64,000 nucleotides of DNA from Verrucomicrobiota bacterium. Its GTDB lineage: Bacteria > Verrucomicrobiota > Verrucomicrobiia > Verrucomicrobiales > DEV007. The translations under genes were made by a program, and so were the position numbers. The notes under the pieces were generated by a model. That model made no database searches and was not told the origin of the DNA. It saw nothing but the letters and a program-made list of their open reading frames with translations. The stretch covers positions 34,996-98,995 of the forward strand of contig JASFYY010000133.1 of assembly GCA_045046875.1 (NCBI GenBank), given 5' to 3'. Below, piece after piece: positions 45,172-55,467 of this stretch. Every line of letters begins with the position of its first letter. Positions within the stretch are counted from its first letter, which is position 1.

Positions 45172-46308
45172 ATGCTGCCTTTCGAGACATTCTTTCAGAT
45201 CATTTTGCCTGCTACCGCTATTTTCATTGGTGCGTGTGTGGGATCATTTCTCAACGTGGTGATCTATCGGGTGCCGATCGGTTTGAGTGTCAACGAACCC
45301 AAGCGCTCGTTCTGTCCCTCCTGCAAATACGATATTCCTTGGTATCAGAACATACCGATGCTCAGCTGGTTGTTTTTGTGTGGTCGCTGCGCGTCTTGTT
45401 CAAAGCCTATCGCCGTACGTTATTTTGCCGTGGAGCTGCTGACAACCGTGGTGTTTTTTGTGGTGTGGAAGGTGTTTGTACCAGCTTACGGGCCGGGTTT
45501 TGAGATGGGAGTCGGAGTGGCGGTTTCCTATTGGATTTTGTCTGCACTGTTGATCTGTGCGATTTTTATTGATATCGATCATTTGATCATCCCTGATTCG
45601 ATTACCCTGGGAGGGGTGGTCGCGGGGTGGATCGCGGTTTTGCTGGTGCCTGATCTGATGGGGGAGGTGAGCCGCTTGAAAGCGCTGTGGTTATCGGTGG
45701 TCGGCGCGGCGGCGGGTTACGGTTTGTTGTGGGCAGTGGTGCAATTTGGTAAGTTGGCCTTTGGGCGCACCAAGCAGGAGTTTGATCCTCCGGCAGCCTG
45801 GAGCATTGGTCAGGAGGAAGATGCGGACGAACCGATGATCACATTCGACGGAGAGGGGCAGCCGTGGACCGATGTTTTTTATCGAGCCTCAGACCGGATG
45901 ATTGTCGATGTGACCGAGTTGCGTATCAATGGTGAAAATTATGAGGTGGATCAACTGGAGGTGCGGCACGATCGTTTTGTGGTAGGGGATAAGGAGTTCG
46001 CTTTGGAAGATGTGAAACGGGTCGAGGGGAAATGCGTGAAAGTGGTGATTCCCCGCGAGGCGATGGGATTTGGTGATGTGAAATTCATCGCCATGATTGG
46101 AGCCTTTCTCGGCTGGCAAGCGGTGTTGCTGTCGGTGTTTGTTGCATCGATTCTCGGTGCGGTGCTGGGTTTGACGCAGAAGTTGTTGCTGCGGGACAAC
46201 TGGTCACAGCCCTTGCCCTTTGGCCCTTACCTAGCGGTCGGAGCTTTTGTGTGGATGTTTTATGGCGAACGAATTTTTGCCTGGTATCTGCATGGGATTG
46301 GGATGTGA
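45172..46308 (+). CDS. pilD: Prepilin peptidase / N-methyltransferase (A24)
   Basis: GSFLNVVIYRVP, CPSC..CASC, IDIDHLIIPD, MGFGDVKF, PFGPYL. Confidence 0.93.
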   Translation: MLPFETFFQIILPATAIFIGACVGSFLNVVIYRVPIGLSVNEPKRSFCPSCKYDIPWYQNIPMLSWLFLCGRCASCSKPIAVRYFAVELLTTVVFFVVWKVFVPAYGPGFEMGVGVAVSYWILSALLICAIFIDIDHLIIPDSITLGGVVAGWIAVLLVPDLMGEVSRLKALWLSVVGAAAGYGLLWAVVQFGKLAFGRTKQEFDPPAAWSIGQEEDADEPMITFDGEGQPWTDVFYRASDRMIVDVTELRINGENYEVDQLEVRHDRFVVGDKEFALEDVKRVEGKCVKVVIPREAMGFGDVKFIAMIGAFLGWQAVLLSVFVASILGAVLGLTQKLLLRDNWSQPLPFGPYLAVGAFVWMFYGERIFAWYLHGIGM

Positions 46309-46327
46309 TGCAGGAAAATCAGCTGCT

Positions 46328-46753
46328 CTAGGCTTTTGCTTGGCATCGCCGATCTCTAGATAAAACCCAGCACCGAGGTGAATGCTCATAGCCGATAGCT
46401 GGATAATAATCATTAGCAGCAGGAGCTGAGATTAAAATCAAGGTGCAACGTGGTTGAAGTTGATCTTGAGTAATTTGCTGTAATTGGAGGCCGATCCCTT
46501 GTCGCTGATACGACAAATCTACGGCAAGATCAGAAAGGTAACAGGCATAATGAAAATCTGTCATCGAGCGTGCTATACCAATTAGCTTTGATTCATCCCA
46601 GGCGCTTACGATTAAATTGCTATTCTCCAGCATGCCACGAATACACACAAGGTCATCTACGGGGCGTCGTTCTCCAAGTGTCGAGGCATCAAGCAATTGG
46701 AGGAAATCTTCCACAGAAATCACAGCATCAATTTTGTATTCGATCTTCGGCAT
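46328..46753 (-). CDS. GNAT-family N-acetyltransferase
   Basis: LIGIARS, YLSDLAVD..YQRQGIG, YYPAIGY. Confidence 0.9.
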   Translation of the reverse strand: MPKIEYKIDAVISVEDFLQLLDASTLGERRPVDDLVCIRGMLENSNLIVSAWDESKLIGIARSMTDFHYACYLSDLAVDLSYQRQGIGLQLQQITQDQLQPRCTLILISAPAANDYYPAIGYEHSPRCWVLSRDRRCQAKA

Positions 46754-47187
46754 CGGTAATTTACCTTGAGAGAACATTTCGAGCACATGCAACCCGCTAC
46801 TGGCAGCGAGCCTTTGTGTTCTGATTAAGTGTTAAAGTTTTCATGTGAATTTCAACTCTCGGCGGGTAGCCTGTCCGTAGCTACGATTTGGGTGTGCCCA
46901 GCATGCACTTAATCCAAAAGTGGTTCAAGTTCTCTGTTTATAAAATGCACATCATAAAGATGAAAAAAACTACCAGAAGCCTGTTGATCCTGTCTGCTTT
47001 CTCTGGCTATGGAGGAACCTATAGGGGGATTTGTGTTACGGGGAAGGCTTTGCTGGATTGGGGGCGTCATTGCGTGCGTTTATTTGCTGGCGAAGGCGGG
47101 GGGATGCGGCAGGGTGTGGGGGCTTTTTGCCCGAGCTTGGGAAAGAGCGGGAGAATAATGGAATGTAACGATTTTAGGATAGAACGG

Positions 47188-48654
47188 ATGAAGATTTTTA
47201 TTATGAGAACGGTGAGGAAAATGATGTTTGTTTTGTTGGCGGTGTGGCTCAATGGAGCAGGGATTAGGGCTGTCGGAGCCGCGGAGGCCGGTAAACCCAA
47301 TGTGGTGATTGTATTCACGGATGACCAGGGCTATCAGGATCTAGGGGTGTTTGGTGCGCAGGGTTTTAAGACGCCGAATATCGATCGCATGGCTGCCGAG
47401 GGGCGGATTTTTACTCGCTGGTATGCGGCGCAGGCGGTGTGCTCGGCTTCGCGCACGGCGATGTTGACGGGTTGTTATCCTAACCGGGTAGGTATTCATG
47501 GAGCATTAGGGCCGAAGAATACTCATGGCATCAGTGGGGATGAAATGACTTTGGCGGATATGTTCAAACAAAAGGGTTACGCCACGGCTATTTTTGGCAA
47601 GTGGCATCTGGGGCATCACCCTGAGTTTTTGCCTTTGCGCCACGGTTTTGATGAGTATTACGGCATTCCTTATTCCGGTGACATGTGGCCCAAACACCCG
47701 ACTGCGGGAGATCGTTTTCCGCCTTTGCCTTTGATCGAAGGAGAAAAGACCATTGCCCATGTGGGGGAAGAGGAGCAGACCATGATGACCACGCGTTTGA
47801 CCGAGCGAGCGGTGGACTTCATTCACCGCAACAAGGAGAATCCGTTTTTTCTCTATGTGCCTCACCCGCAGCCACATGTGCCGCTGTATGTGTCGGACAA
47901 GTTCAAGGGCAAAAGTGAGCGTGGTTTGTATGGCGATGTGATCGCGGAAATCGATTGGTCGGTGGGGGAGATTTTGAAAGCTTTGAAGGAGGATGGCATC
48001 GATGAGCAAACCCTGGTGATTTTCACTTCGGATAATGGGCCGTGGTTGAGTTATGGAGATCACGGTGGGTCGGCGCTGCCTTTGCGCGAGGGCAAGGGCA
48101 CGGCATGGGAGGGAGGCGTGCGCGAACCTTGTGTGATGCGTTGGCCGGGCAAGATCCCTGCCGGCACGGTGTGCAGCGAGCCGGGCATGAATATTGACAT
48201 CCTGCCGACTTTGGCAAATCTGATCGGGGCCAGGTTGCCTGAGCATAAAATTGACGGGGTGGACATCTGGCCGATGATCAGCGGGCCGATCGGCACCAAG
48301 AACCCGCGCAAAGGTTACTGGTATTATTACAAGCAAAACGAATTGCATGCGGTGTCGATGGGGAAATGGAAGCTCTATTTGCCACATTCCTATCGGACGA
48401 TGGCGGGTCGCGCGGGAGGGACGGGGGGGATTCCGACCAAATACAGTCAGGCAAAAGTTCAACAGCTTGAACTCTATGATCTCGAAGCGGATGTCAGCGA
48501 AACCAAAAACCTTGCTGACCAGCACCCGGATTTGGTGAAAAAGATGCAGGCTTTTGCTGAGGAAGCACGGGTTGAGTTGGGTGACAAGCTCACAAAACGC
48601 AAGGGCAAGGGGGTGCGTGAGGCCGGTAGATTGGTGGCGGTGAAAAAGAAATGA
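47188..48654 (+). CDS. Arylsulfatase (S1 family), secreted
   Basis: KPNVVIVFTDDQG, CSASRTAMLTG, GKWHLG, FTSDNG, WEGGVR. Track ORF start 46888 is over-extended. Confidence 0.93.
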   Translation: MKIFIMRTVRKMMFVLLAVWLNGAGIRAVGAAEAGKPNVVIVFTDDQGYQDLGVFGAQGFKTPNIDRMAAEGRIFTRWYAAQAVCSASRTAMLTGCYPNRVGIHGALGPKNTHGISGDEMTLADMFKQKGYATAIFGKWHLGHHPEFLPLRHGFDEYYGIPYSGDMWPKHPTAGDRFPPLPLIEGEKTIAHVGEEEQTMMTTRLTERAVDFIHRNKENPFFLYVPHPQPHVPLYVSDKFKGKSERGLYGDVIAEIDWSVGEILKALKEDGIDEQTLVIFTSDNGPWLSYGDHGGSALPLREGKGTAWEGGVREPCVMRWPGKIPAGTVCSEPGMNIDILPTLANLIGARLPEHKIDGVDIWPMISGPIGTKNPRKGYWYYYKQNELHAVSMGKWKLYLPHSYRTMAGRAGGTGGIPTKYSQAKVQQLELYDLEADVSETKNLADQHPDLVKKMQAFAEEARVELGDKLTKRKGKGVREAGRLVAVKKK

Positions 48655-48748
48655 CGTTTTTCCGTAATTCGAGCTTCCATTTTGTCGGATTTTGCCTTTA
48701 TACTTAAGACCTGTGAAAGAATTCGCTTATATACACGACGATGCGGCT

Positions 48749-49225
48749 ATGCCGGATGAACTGCGGCAGATTCCATTTTTGGAATCTTTTTCTGAAGAGC
48801 ATTTGAATGCGGTGCTGGATGCCAGTGCGGTGTTGGAATGTGAACCGGGGGATGCGGTGGTCACCGAGGGTGCGGATGCGACGCGTATTTTCATTCTGCT
48901 GACGGGAGAGCTGGAGGTGATCAAGGATGGTGATACGCTGACGACTTTGTCGTCGATTGGCGATATTTTTGGCGAGCTGGCCGCGCTGGAGGATGAAACA
49001 CGCAGTGCTTCGGTATTGGCCAAGAGCAAAGCGTTTTGTCTCGCTGTGGATCAGAAATTCCTTGAGCACATGATGCCAAAGGATGAAAACCCTTCGTTTT
49101 ATGCTGCTCTTTACGAGTTCATTGCCAAATTATTGGCACGACGCTTGAGCGCGACTTCCCAGTATTTGGCTTGTGTGGACAAGGAGTTACGCGAGTTGAA
49201 AAAAGCGAGTATGGCGGAAGCCTGA
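48749..49225 (+). CDS. Stand-alone cyclic-nucleotide-binding domain protein
   Basis: GDIFGELAAL..RSASV; no HTH. Confidence 0.88.
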   Translation: MPDELRQIPFLESFSEEHLNAVLDASAVLECEPGDAVVTEGADATRIFILLTGELEVIKDGDTLTTLSSIGDIFGELAALEDETRSASVLAKSKAFCLAVDQKFLEHMMPKDENPSFYAALYEFIAKLLARRLSATSQYLACVDKELRELKKASMAEA

Positions 49226-49285
49226 TGGTGCTGTGAGGAACAAACATGGCTTGTTTTCAAGAAACAGCATCTTAACCCCCCCCTT

Positions 49286-50755
49286 TTAAACCGCTTCGAA
49301 GGGGAACATAGGGCGGCGGCGGTTTTTGAAATCGAGTTGTTTCATGTCGGCGCAGGTGGAGCCGGGGGTATTGACCTGGATAAATTGATCGCAGACTTCA
49401 CGGTAAGCGGCTTGTGGTGCGATGACGCCCTTGGCGACAAAGATGCGAAAGTCTTGCAGATTGAGATCACAGGAGGTGAGTTGGGAAAGGCTGAAAGGAG
49501 GGATTCTTTTTGAGGTGAGCATGATGGTTATGTCGCAATCCGATTCAACAATGGCGGTCGCCCCCTGGTCAAACTCGGTGAATCCTCCGTGACGGGCCTG
49601 ACTTTCGCTGAAGCGGCCCTGATGCAAGGAGATCAGCTTTACCTCGCAACTCAACGGCTGGCCATGATGGCGGTCGCTGTGCCCACCGAGGGAAAGCTTC
49701 AAAAGCTCACCGGGTTTTGCTGCGCTTGCTGTTTTTACGGCTGCCGGATCAAAGATGCAGACGAAGGCATCGGCGATTTTTTGCTGATGCAGGGCATGGA
49801 GCAAAAAAGTGCTGTCGGCGGGTGATCCGCCACCGACGTTGTCTCCCATGTCGAGCAGGGTGAAACGGGTTTTCGGGGCGGCGCTGATTTTTTCCATTGC
49901 CATTTCGACAGAAATGAAGTCGGGCTCGAATTCGTCTTTTTCGGCGATGAATTTGCGTTCGATCGCCCAGGCAAGTTCCTGCGCCTGCTCGGCTTGGTCG
50001 TCGGTGACAATGATGGCCGATGAGCCCATCTCGGCGACATCGGAGTAGGGGAAACCCAGTAAAATGCTGTGACTGATCACATCCGGGCCGTTACTGGCGG
50101 CATCGACTTGATCGTAAAACGCTGACATCGGGTATTGGTCGGTGTTCTGGCTTTGGATATTGATCGCCAGTGAGGGGAAAGCTGCGGCTTGGCAGGGGTA
50201 GATGGATCCGTGCAAAGTCCGGGACATCAGGTCTGCCGCGCGCATACCTGTCTCGAGTTGGTCAAGGTGGGGATTGCTGCGGTAGGCGATCAGGGCGTCG
50301 GTGGAGTCGACCATTTGGCGGGAAAGATTGGCGTGCAGGTCGAGGGTGGCGATCAAGGGTTTGTCCGGGCCAATGAATTGGCGCACTTTTTCGAGCCAGT
50401 AACCATCGGCATCGCGGTGGTTTTCAGCCACGGTGGCTCCATGGGGAGCAGCGAGGATGCCATCGAGTGGGCCGGCGGCGGCTAGTTCAGTCATCATCAG
50501 CTCGATCAGTTGATCGAAGCTGTCTGCTGCAATGGTACCGTTGGGGTAGGCGCGGGCGGCAAAAATGGGCACCGCTTCGATTCCTGCTTTTTTTAATCCT
50601 TTGAAAAATCCACTGATTTCGTGAGGGGCATCTTTAAAGTGCTGACGAATATCCTCACCGCTTAATAAGACATCCTGGCGAAAATGTTCGAGCGTGGTTT
50701 TCCCCTCAATGAAGGTATTGGATTCGTGGAGCAGAGCTAGGATTCCGACGCGCAT
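49286..50755 (-). CDS. MlrC / M81-family metallo-amidohydrolase
   Basis: HESNTF, PHGA, DLHAN, PHLD, DMGDNVGGGSPAD. Confidence 0.92.
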   Translation of the reverse strand: MRVGILALLHESNTFIEGKTTLEHFRQDVLLSGEDIRQHFKDAPHEISGFFKGLKKAGIEAVPIFAARAYPNGTIAADSFDQLIELMMTELAAAGPLDGILAAPHGATVAENHRDADGYWLEKVRQFIGPDKPLIATLDLHANLSRQMVDSTDALIAYRSNPHLDQLETGMRAADLMSRTLHGSIYPCQAAAFPSLAINIQSQNTDQYPMSAFYDQVDAASNGPDVISHSILLGFPYSDVAEMGSSAIIVTDDQAEQAQELAWAIERKFIAEKDEFEPDFISVEMAMEKISAAPKTRFTLLDMGDNVGGGSPADSTFLLHALHQQKIADAFVCIFDPAAVKTASAAKPGELLKLSLGGHSDRHHGQPLSCEVKLISLHQGRFSESQARHGGFTEFDQGATAIVESDCDITIMLTSKRIPPFSLSQLTSCDLNLQDFRIFVAKGVIAPQAAYREVCDQFIQVNTPGSTCADMKQLDFKNRRRPMFPFEAV

Positions 50756-50788
50756 GGGGGGGAGGTAGGGGCTAGGAGGTAGAGAGAT

Positions 50789-51865
50789 CTAGGGGGTGAC
50801 GATTTTTTTGAAATCCTCCATGGAATCTACGGTGGGGCAGTTGAGGTCATTGGTCATTTTTTGCAGGGCTACATTGTCTTTGAAGCCTGAGCCAGTGACC
50901 AGGCAGACGATTTTATCTGTTTTGTTGATCGTGCCTTTTTGGATGGCTTGCAGGGCTCCGGTTAAAGCTACTGCGCCAGCAGGTTCGGTGAAGATGGCTT
51001 CTTCCCGCGCCAGACGTTTTTGTAAGGCAAACACGGCGTCGTCAGTGACCAGGTGACCACTGCCGCCGGATTGGCGACAGGCGGTGAGAGTGTCGTGGCC
51101 GTCGATGACGCCCGCCACTTGCAGGCCACTGATGTGGGAGGTGCATTCGCCGCAGCTTTGGGCACGGTCACGGCCTTCGTTGAGTGGGCCTGCGATGGTA
51201 TTGTTGCCGATGGGTTGCACACAATGGACCGCCGGGGAATGAGTGTCAGTGGATTCAAAACCACGAGCGACTGCCAAAGTGAGCCCCCCTCCACCGGAAG
51301 GTGAAAACAGGTGGTCGATTCCACCGGGTAATTGCTCAGCCAGTTCCCAGCTGAGGCTTTGCACTCCGGCCATGCCTGCTGGGGAATATTTAAAAGCACT
51401 GATTTGCACCTGGGTTTTGAGTTGGCGGGCGAGATCGAGCAGGCCTTGTGAGATCTCTTTGGTGATACGTGCGTCAGTGCCGAAGCCGCGTATTTTGACC
51501 AGCTGTGCGCCATAAGCGAGCATTTGCTGTAATTTGTCTTGCGGGGCGGTATCGACGATAGCCAGTACGCAGGGGAGGTTGGCGATTGCCGAGTAGGCGG
51601 CCAGGGCTGCGCCGGTATTTCCGCTTGAGGTGCCCAGACAGAGCTGGTTTTTGTTTTTCACCAGGTGGGAAACGGCGCAGGCGGCAAAACGGTCTTTGTA
51701 GGAGCCGGTGGGGTTTGCGCTTTCGACTTTAAAATAGAGCTGCTCGAGTCCCAAGGCGGGACCTATTTTGACTGAGCGAAGCAAGGGGGTATCACCTTCG
51801 CCGAGGGTGATGCGGAATTTTTCAGGGATCGCGGGCAGGCGATCTGCGAATCGCCAAATGCTCAT
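50789..51865 (-). CDS. Threonine synthase-like PLP enzyme (fold type II)
   Basis: TLGEGDTPL, NPTGSYKDR, SSGNTG, PSGGGGL, TGSGFKD. Confidence 0.9.
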   Translation of the reverse strand: MSIWRFADRLPAIPEKFRITLGEGDTPLLRSVKIGPALGLEQLYFKVESANPTGSYKDRFAACAVSHLVKNKNQLCLGTSSGNTGAALAAYSAIANLPCVLAIVDTAPQDKLQQMLAYGAQLVKIRGFGTDARITKEISQGLLDLARQLKTQVQISAFKYSPAGMAGVQSLSWELAEQLPGGIDHLFSPSGGGGLTLAVARGFESTDTHSPAVHCVQPIGNNTIAGPLNEGRDRAQSCGECTSHISGLQVAGVIDGHDTLTACRQSGGSGHLVTDDAVFALQKRLAREEAIFTEPAGAVALTGALQAIQKGTINKTDKIVCLVTGSGFKDNVALQKMTNDLNCPTVDSMEDFKKIVTP

Positions 51866-52674
51866 TTGAACTCGTCCGGATACATTCTCTTTTTCAGAGT
51901 ATTGGACAGATTGTTGTGGGAGATGCCTCCATCAATGGCGATCTCAGTGCCGTTGATGTAACTGGCGTCCGAACTGGAGAGCCAGCGGATGACTTTGGCG
52001 ATTTCGTCCGGACTGGCCCATCGTCCCAAGGGGATGAAGTCTTCACTGGCCGAGCGGAAGTCATTGGTCAAATCCGAGCCTTTTTCACTTTTCAAATTAG
52101 AGCGCAGAGCACTGTCCACTGCTCCCGGGCTGACCGCGACGGCGCGAATCCCTGCTCCGGAAAGTGAGGCGGCCATGTCGAAGGTGAGGCTGATCAGCCC
52201 TCCTTTGGAGGCCACGTAGGCCGGGGCCACGCCTTTGCAAAAGTGGGCGTCGATACTGGCGATGTTGATGATGACACCTTCGCCGGAAGCTTCAAGAAAG
52301 GGAGTGCTGTATTGGGCAAGAAAAGCAGGGATTTTCAGGTTGAGGTGCATGATGCGATCCCAGGATTCAGGAGTCATTTTACGAATCGTGCGAAAATCAT
52401 GCACCGCAGCGTTGTTGATGAGAGCATCAATGCGGCCCCATTTTTTACCTACTTTTGCCACAGCTTGTTGGGCGGCGTCGAGATCGGAAAGGTCGGCTGA
52501 GATAGGGTAAACGGGCACTCCTTTCTCGGAAACGGCTTGTGCGGTTTTTTGCAGATCGTCGGTCATTTTATCAATCATGGCCACGGCATAACCCGATGAG
52601 GCAAATTCATGGGAAACGGCGGCTCCTATGCCGCGAGCGGCTCCGGTTATAAAAGCGACTTTTTTGTCTAACAT
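51862..52674 (-). CDS. Short-chain dehydrogenase/reductase
   Basis: TGAARGIG, NNAA, YVASK. Confidence 0.93.
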   Translation of the reverse strand: MLDKKVAFITGAARGIGAAVSHEFASSGYAVAMIDKMTDDLQKTAQAVSEKGVPVYPISADLSDLDAAQQAVAKVGKKWGRIDALINNAAVHDFRTIRKMTPESWDRIMHLNLKIPAFLAQYSTPFLEASGEGVIINIASIDAHFCKGVAPAYVASKGGLISLTFDMAASLSGAGIRAVAVSPGAVDSALRSNLKSEKGSDLTNDFRSASEDFIPLGRWASPDEIAKVIRWLSSSDASYINGTEIAIDGGISHNNLSNTLKKRMYPDEFK

Positions 52675-53600
52675 GGTATTAATTGAAAGGGTGGGGAAGT
52701 ATCGTTGTGATTTTCCAGAATGACGGCCAAAGCATCGCCTTCGTCAACCTGAGGATAGCTGCGAATCACAATGATTGCACCGGATTGTTTTGAGCGGATT
52801 TCATGTTCAGCGCCAGTAAGGGGATCGATCACTTTTCCCAGTAGGTCTCCGCAGGCAATATTTTGTCCCAATTGGACAGAGTTGATAAACAGCCCTTTGA
52901 TCGGAGAAGGGTTGCAGATTTGCATGTGACCGGAGCTGGGGTGTCCATCTTCGACGATGGTGGCAGCGACGGTCGGGGTGATCGGTTTTTGTTCCAGCAT
53001 GTCAAATTCTGCCATCACGGAAAGGCAGCCATCGACGTAGGCTTGAACGCCTTTGCCTTTACAGGGAGTCGGCCCCCGGTATTCGGTGTAAACCGCCGGC
53101 ACACCGGCATCACGGGCAGCGGACATGGAGCGTCCGTTCAAATCAGCGGATGTTCCCCAGATCAGCGGCAATGCCATCGCCCGGGCCATGCGGCGTTGGG
53201 TTTCCAAGATATTCTGGTCTGCGACCAATCCGTAACCGCACAGCGGATAGACGTCCATGATTCTGCCGCCGGTGTGCAGATCAATATAGAGATCTGCTGC
53301 AGTTATGAATTCATTCACTGCGGCGGCTACTTGCTCGGTCGGGCTGCCGTTGATGTCGCCGGGAAAGGTGCGGGCAAGATTTTCACCATCCGCTCCGCAG
53401 CGTTGATGCAGGTCCACTGCTGATTGATTGGCGATGGGAATGAGGGTCAGGGTGCCACGTAATTCAGCGGCTTTTATTTGTTGAATGAGTTGATAGATGG
53501 CAAAAATCCCCTCGAATTCATCGCCGTGCACACCTGCGGTGATCAGTAGGTGAGGCCCGTCTGCGGAGCCTTTAATAGTGGTGCTCTGTAGCTCGATCAT
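52668..53600 (-). CDS. Succinylglutamate desuccinylase/aspartoacylase-family deacylase
   Basis: HGDE, NLARTFPG, IDLHTGG, C-terminal biotinyl-like hairpin. Confidence 0.92.
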   Translation of the reverse strand: MIELQSTTIKGSADGPHLLITAGVHGDEFEGIFAIYQLIQQIKAAELRGTLTLIPIANQSAVDLHQRCGADGENLARTFPGDINGSPTEQVAAAVNEFITAADLYIDLHTGGRIMDVYPLCGYGLVADQNILETQRRMARAMALPLIWGTSADLNGRSMSAARDAGVPAVYTEYRGPTPCKGKGVQAYVDGCLSVMAEFDMLEQKPITPTVAATIVEDGHPSSGHMQICNPSPIKGLFINSVQLGQNIACGDLLGKVIDPLTGAEHEIRSKQSGAIIVIRSYPQVDEGDALAVILENHNDTSPPFQLIPC

Positions 53601-53636
53601 CGTTTAGTAAAGAAGGGGGTTAGCAGTTTGCGATTT

Positions 53637-54737
53637 TTATAGATCGAGGGGAAAAGAGGACAAACGCTCAACCCCTGATTCCGTCACCAGGTAATTCTGT
53701 TCCAAGCGGATACCGGCATTGAGCTCTTTACCATAGAGCCCCGGTTCGACCGCTACCACGTCACCTACTTGGAAGGTGTCGTCATAACAAGGATTGAGGC
53801 GAGGTACTTCATGCGGATCCAAGCCAATGCCATGGCCAAGGTGGTGTTTGAATTGATAGCCTTTCCAATCATCGAGCTGGGATTCGATTTTTTCAAACAG
53901 GGCACGGCAGCTCTCGCCGGGGCGAATGCTGAGCTCTACTTGTTCGAGCATCCCGACTACCCGCTGATGAGCCTCCAATTGCAGCTCGCTGGGTTTGCCA
54001 TCGACACTGAAGGTACGGCACAAGTCGCTGCGGTAGCCGCGCACTCCGACTCCGATGTCGAAAGGCACTAACTCACCAGGCTGGGCTGCCCGCTGACGGG
54101 CGAGTCCGCCCGGAGTGCCACTTTGAAAGTCATTGCCCCAACCGGAGAGCAAGTCGCCTGCGGCTTCGATCGCACTTGCTTGCAGAGTGGCGTAGAGCTC
54201 GATCTCGGAAATGCCGGGTTGCAGGATCTCCCGTGCTTTGTGATACACCGCATCCGCGGCTTGGATGGTGTAACGGATGGCGGTTATTTCGTCTTCGTAT
54301 TTTTGTCGGCGCAGGTATTGGAAGTCAGTGGTGATGTCCACCCACTCCACCTTATCGGCGATCCAGGGACGGGCAGAGCCATCAACTCCGAGCCTTTTCA
54401 GCTTGTTGAGGAGGGGGATCAGTGGCAGGCACAGGGCCTGGTCGAGATTTTCAACCAGAGTGCAGAGCTTTTGCGGTTGATAAGAAATGAGCTCATCTGC
54501 GGCGGGGGCATCAGCTGGTTGGCAATGGCTGACCAAAAGCGTGTGGCCGTCAGCAAGTAAAAGGGCCGCCGTCGGGGTGAGGATCTGGTCATGCCAGTAG
54601 CCGGTTAGCCAGTAAACGTAGTGCCGGTGGGTGAACAGCACGGCGTCCAGATTTTGCTCCAGCATGTAAGCCTGCAGGCGAGCCTGTCGCTTCCGGCAGC
54701 TGTCGGCATTTAATCGGGGAGGGGAGTTTTTGCTCAT
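53637..54737 (-). CDS. M24 (Xaa-Pro peptidase/creatinase-like) hydrolase
   Basis: FDIG, SDLCRT, HHLGHGIG, VEPG, RLE metal ligands intact. Confidence 0.9.
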   Translation of the reverse strand: MSKNSPPRLNADSCRKRQARLQAYMLEQNLDAVLFTHRHYVYWLTGYWHDQILTPTAALLLADGHTLLVSHCQPADAPAADELISYQPQKLCTLVENLDQALCLPLIPLLNKLKRLGVDGSARPWIADKVEWVDITTDFQYLRRQKYEDEITAIRYTIQAADAVYHKAREILQPGISEIELYATLQASAIEAAGDLLSGWGNDFQSGTPGGLARQRAAQPGELVPFDIGVGVRGYRSDLCRTFSVDGKPSELQLEAHQRVVGMLEQVELSIRPGESCRALFEKIESQLDDWKGYQFKHHLGHGIGLDPHEVPRLNPCYDDTFQVGDVVAVEPGLYGKELNAGIRLEQNYLVTESGVERLSSFPLDL

Positions 54738-54755
54738 AGCGGCTCAGGAAAAATC

Positions 54756-55421
54756 TCAAAGCACGCCGTATTTTTCAAAAGCTGCGGTGGCGGTCATTCC
54801 GTCCCGAATGGCATCGCGGACTTCATTTTCTGCATGGACTTTTTCCCAGGCTCCGCGGATGACTTCGGCTTCCACTTGTTGGGGAACCACCACGATTCCA
54901 TCGTCATCAGCGATCACCAGGTCGCCGGGATTAAAAGTTACACCGCCAATCTGCACGGCAACATCAACGGCGGTGACCCGCTGGCGGTGCAAGCTGTCGT
55001 AAGGGCAGGCTCCGGCGGCAAATACGCCGAATTGCATTTCCCGCATCGGGGCGATGTCGCGGATAGCGCCGTCGATGATCGCTCCGACACAGCCAGAGTT
55101 TCGTGAGGCAGTGGAGAGCAACTCTCCCCAGATTCCAGATTTCATAGAGCCGTCGGCGGCGGCGATGAACAAGTCATCGGGCTGACATTCATCAATGGCC
55201 TTGAGCTCTAATTCATAAGGTTTGAGATCCTCGCTGTCGACTTCTTCCCACTGTGTGGTTTTGCATCTGCCGACCAGTTTAAGCACTCCGGTCATCGGGG
55301 CGAGGGCGGTTGCGATGCATTGTTCGCGGTAGCCGAGTGAGTCGAGAACGTCACTGACAACGGCTGAATAGAAGGACTCGCGCATCATGGCGAGGGTGAT
55401 GGTTTCGGGGGTGTCTGACAT
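54756..55421 (-). CDS. RraA / HMG-aldolase family protein
   Basis: VVSDVLD, WGELL, DGAIRD, PGDLVIADDDGIVVVP. Confidence 0.9.
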   Translation of the reverse strand: MSDTPETITLAMMRESFYSAVVSDVLDSLGYREQCIATALAPMTGVLKLVGRCKTTQWEEVDSEDLKPYELELKAIDECQPDDLFIAAADGSMKSGIWGELLSTASRNSGCVGAIIDGAIRDIAPMREMQFGVFAAGACPYDSLHRQRVTAVDVAVQIGGVTFNPGDLVIADDDGIVVVPQQVEAEVIRGAWEKVHAENEVRDAIRDGMTATAAFEKYGVL

Positions 55422-55467
55422 GATATAAAGGTTATACGATGAAATATCAAAATCGCAAGCGACAGAA

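Noticed and set aside
46888..47187. 100-aa N-terminal extension of the arylsulfatase
   Set aside because: The real signal peptide begins near 47188-47221; the upstream frame looks open by chance.
47506..48525. 339-aa antisense ORF and other long antisense ORFs (e.g. 16947..17786, 37296..38045)
   Set aside because: Shadows of well-supported genes, with no motifs.
49286..50755. Microcystin degradation (mlrC)
   Set aside because: mlrA, mlrB and mlrD are absent; the M81 family is widespread.
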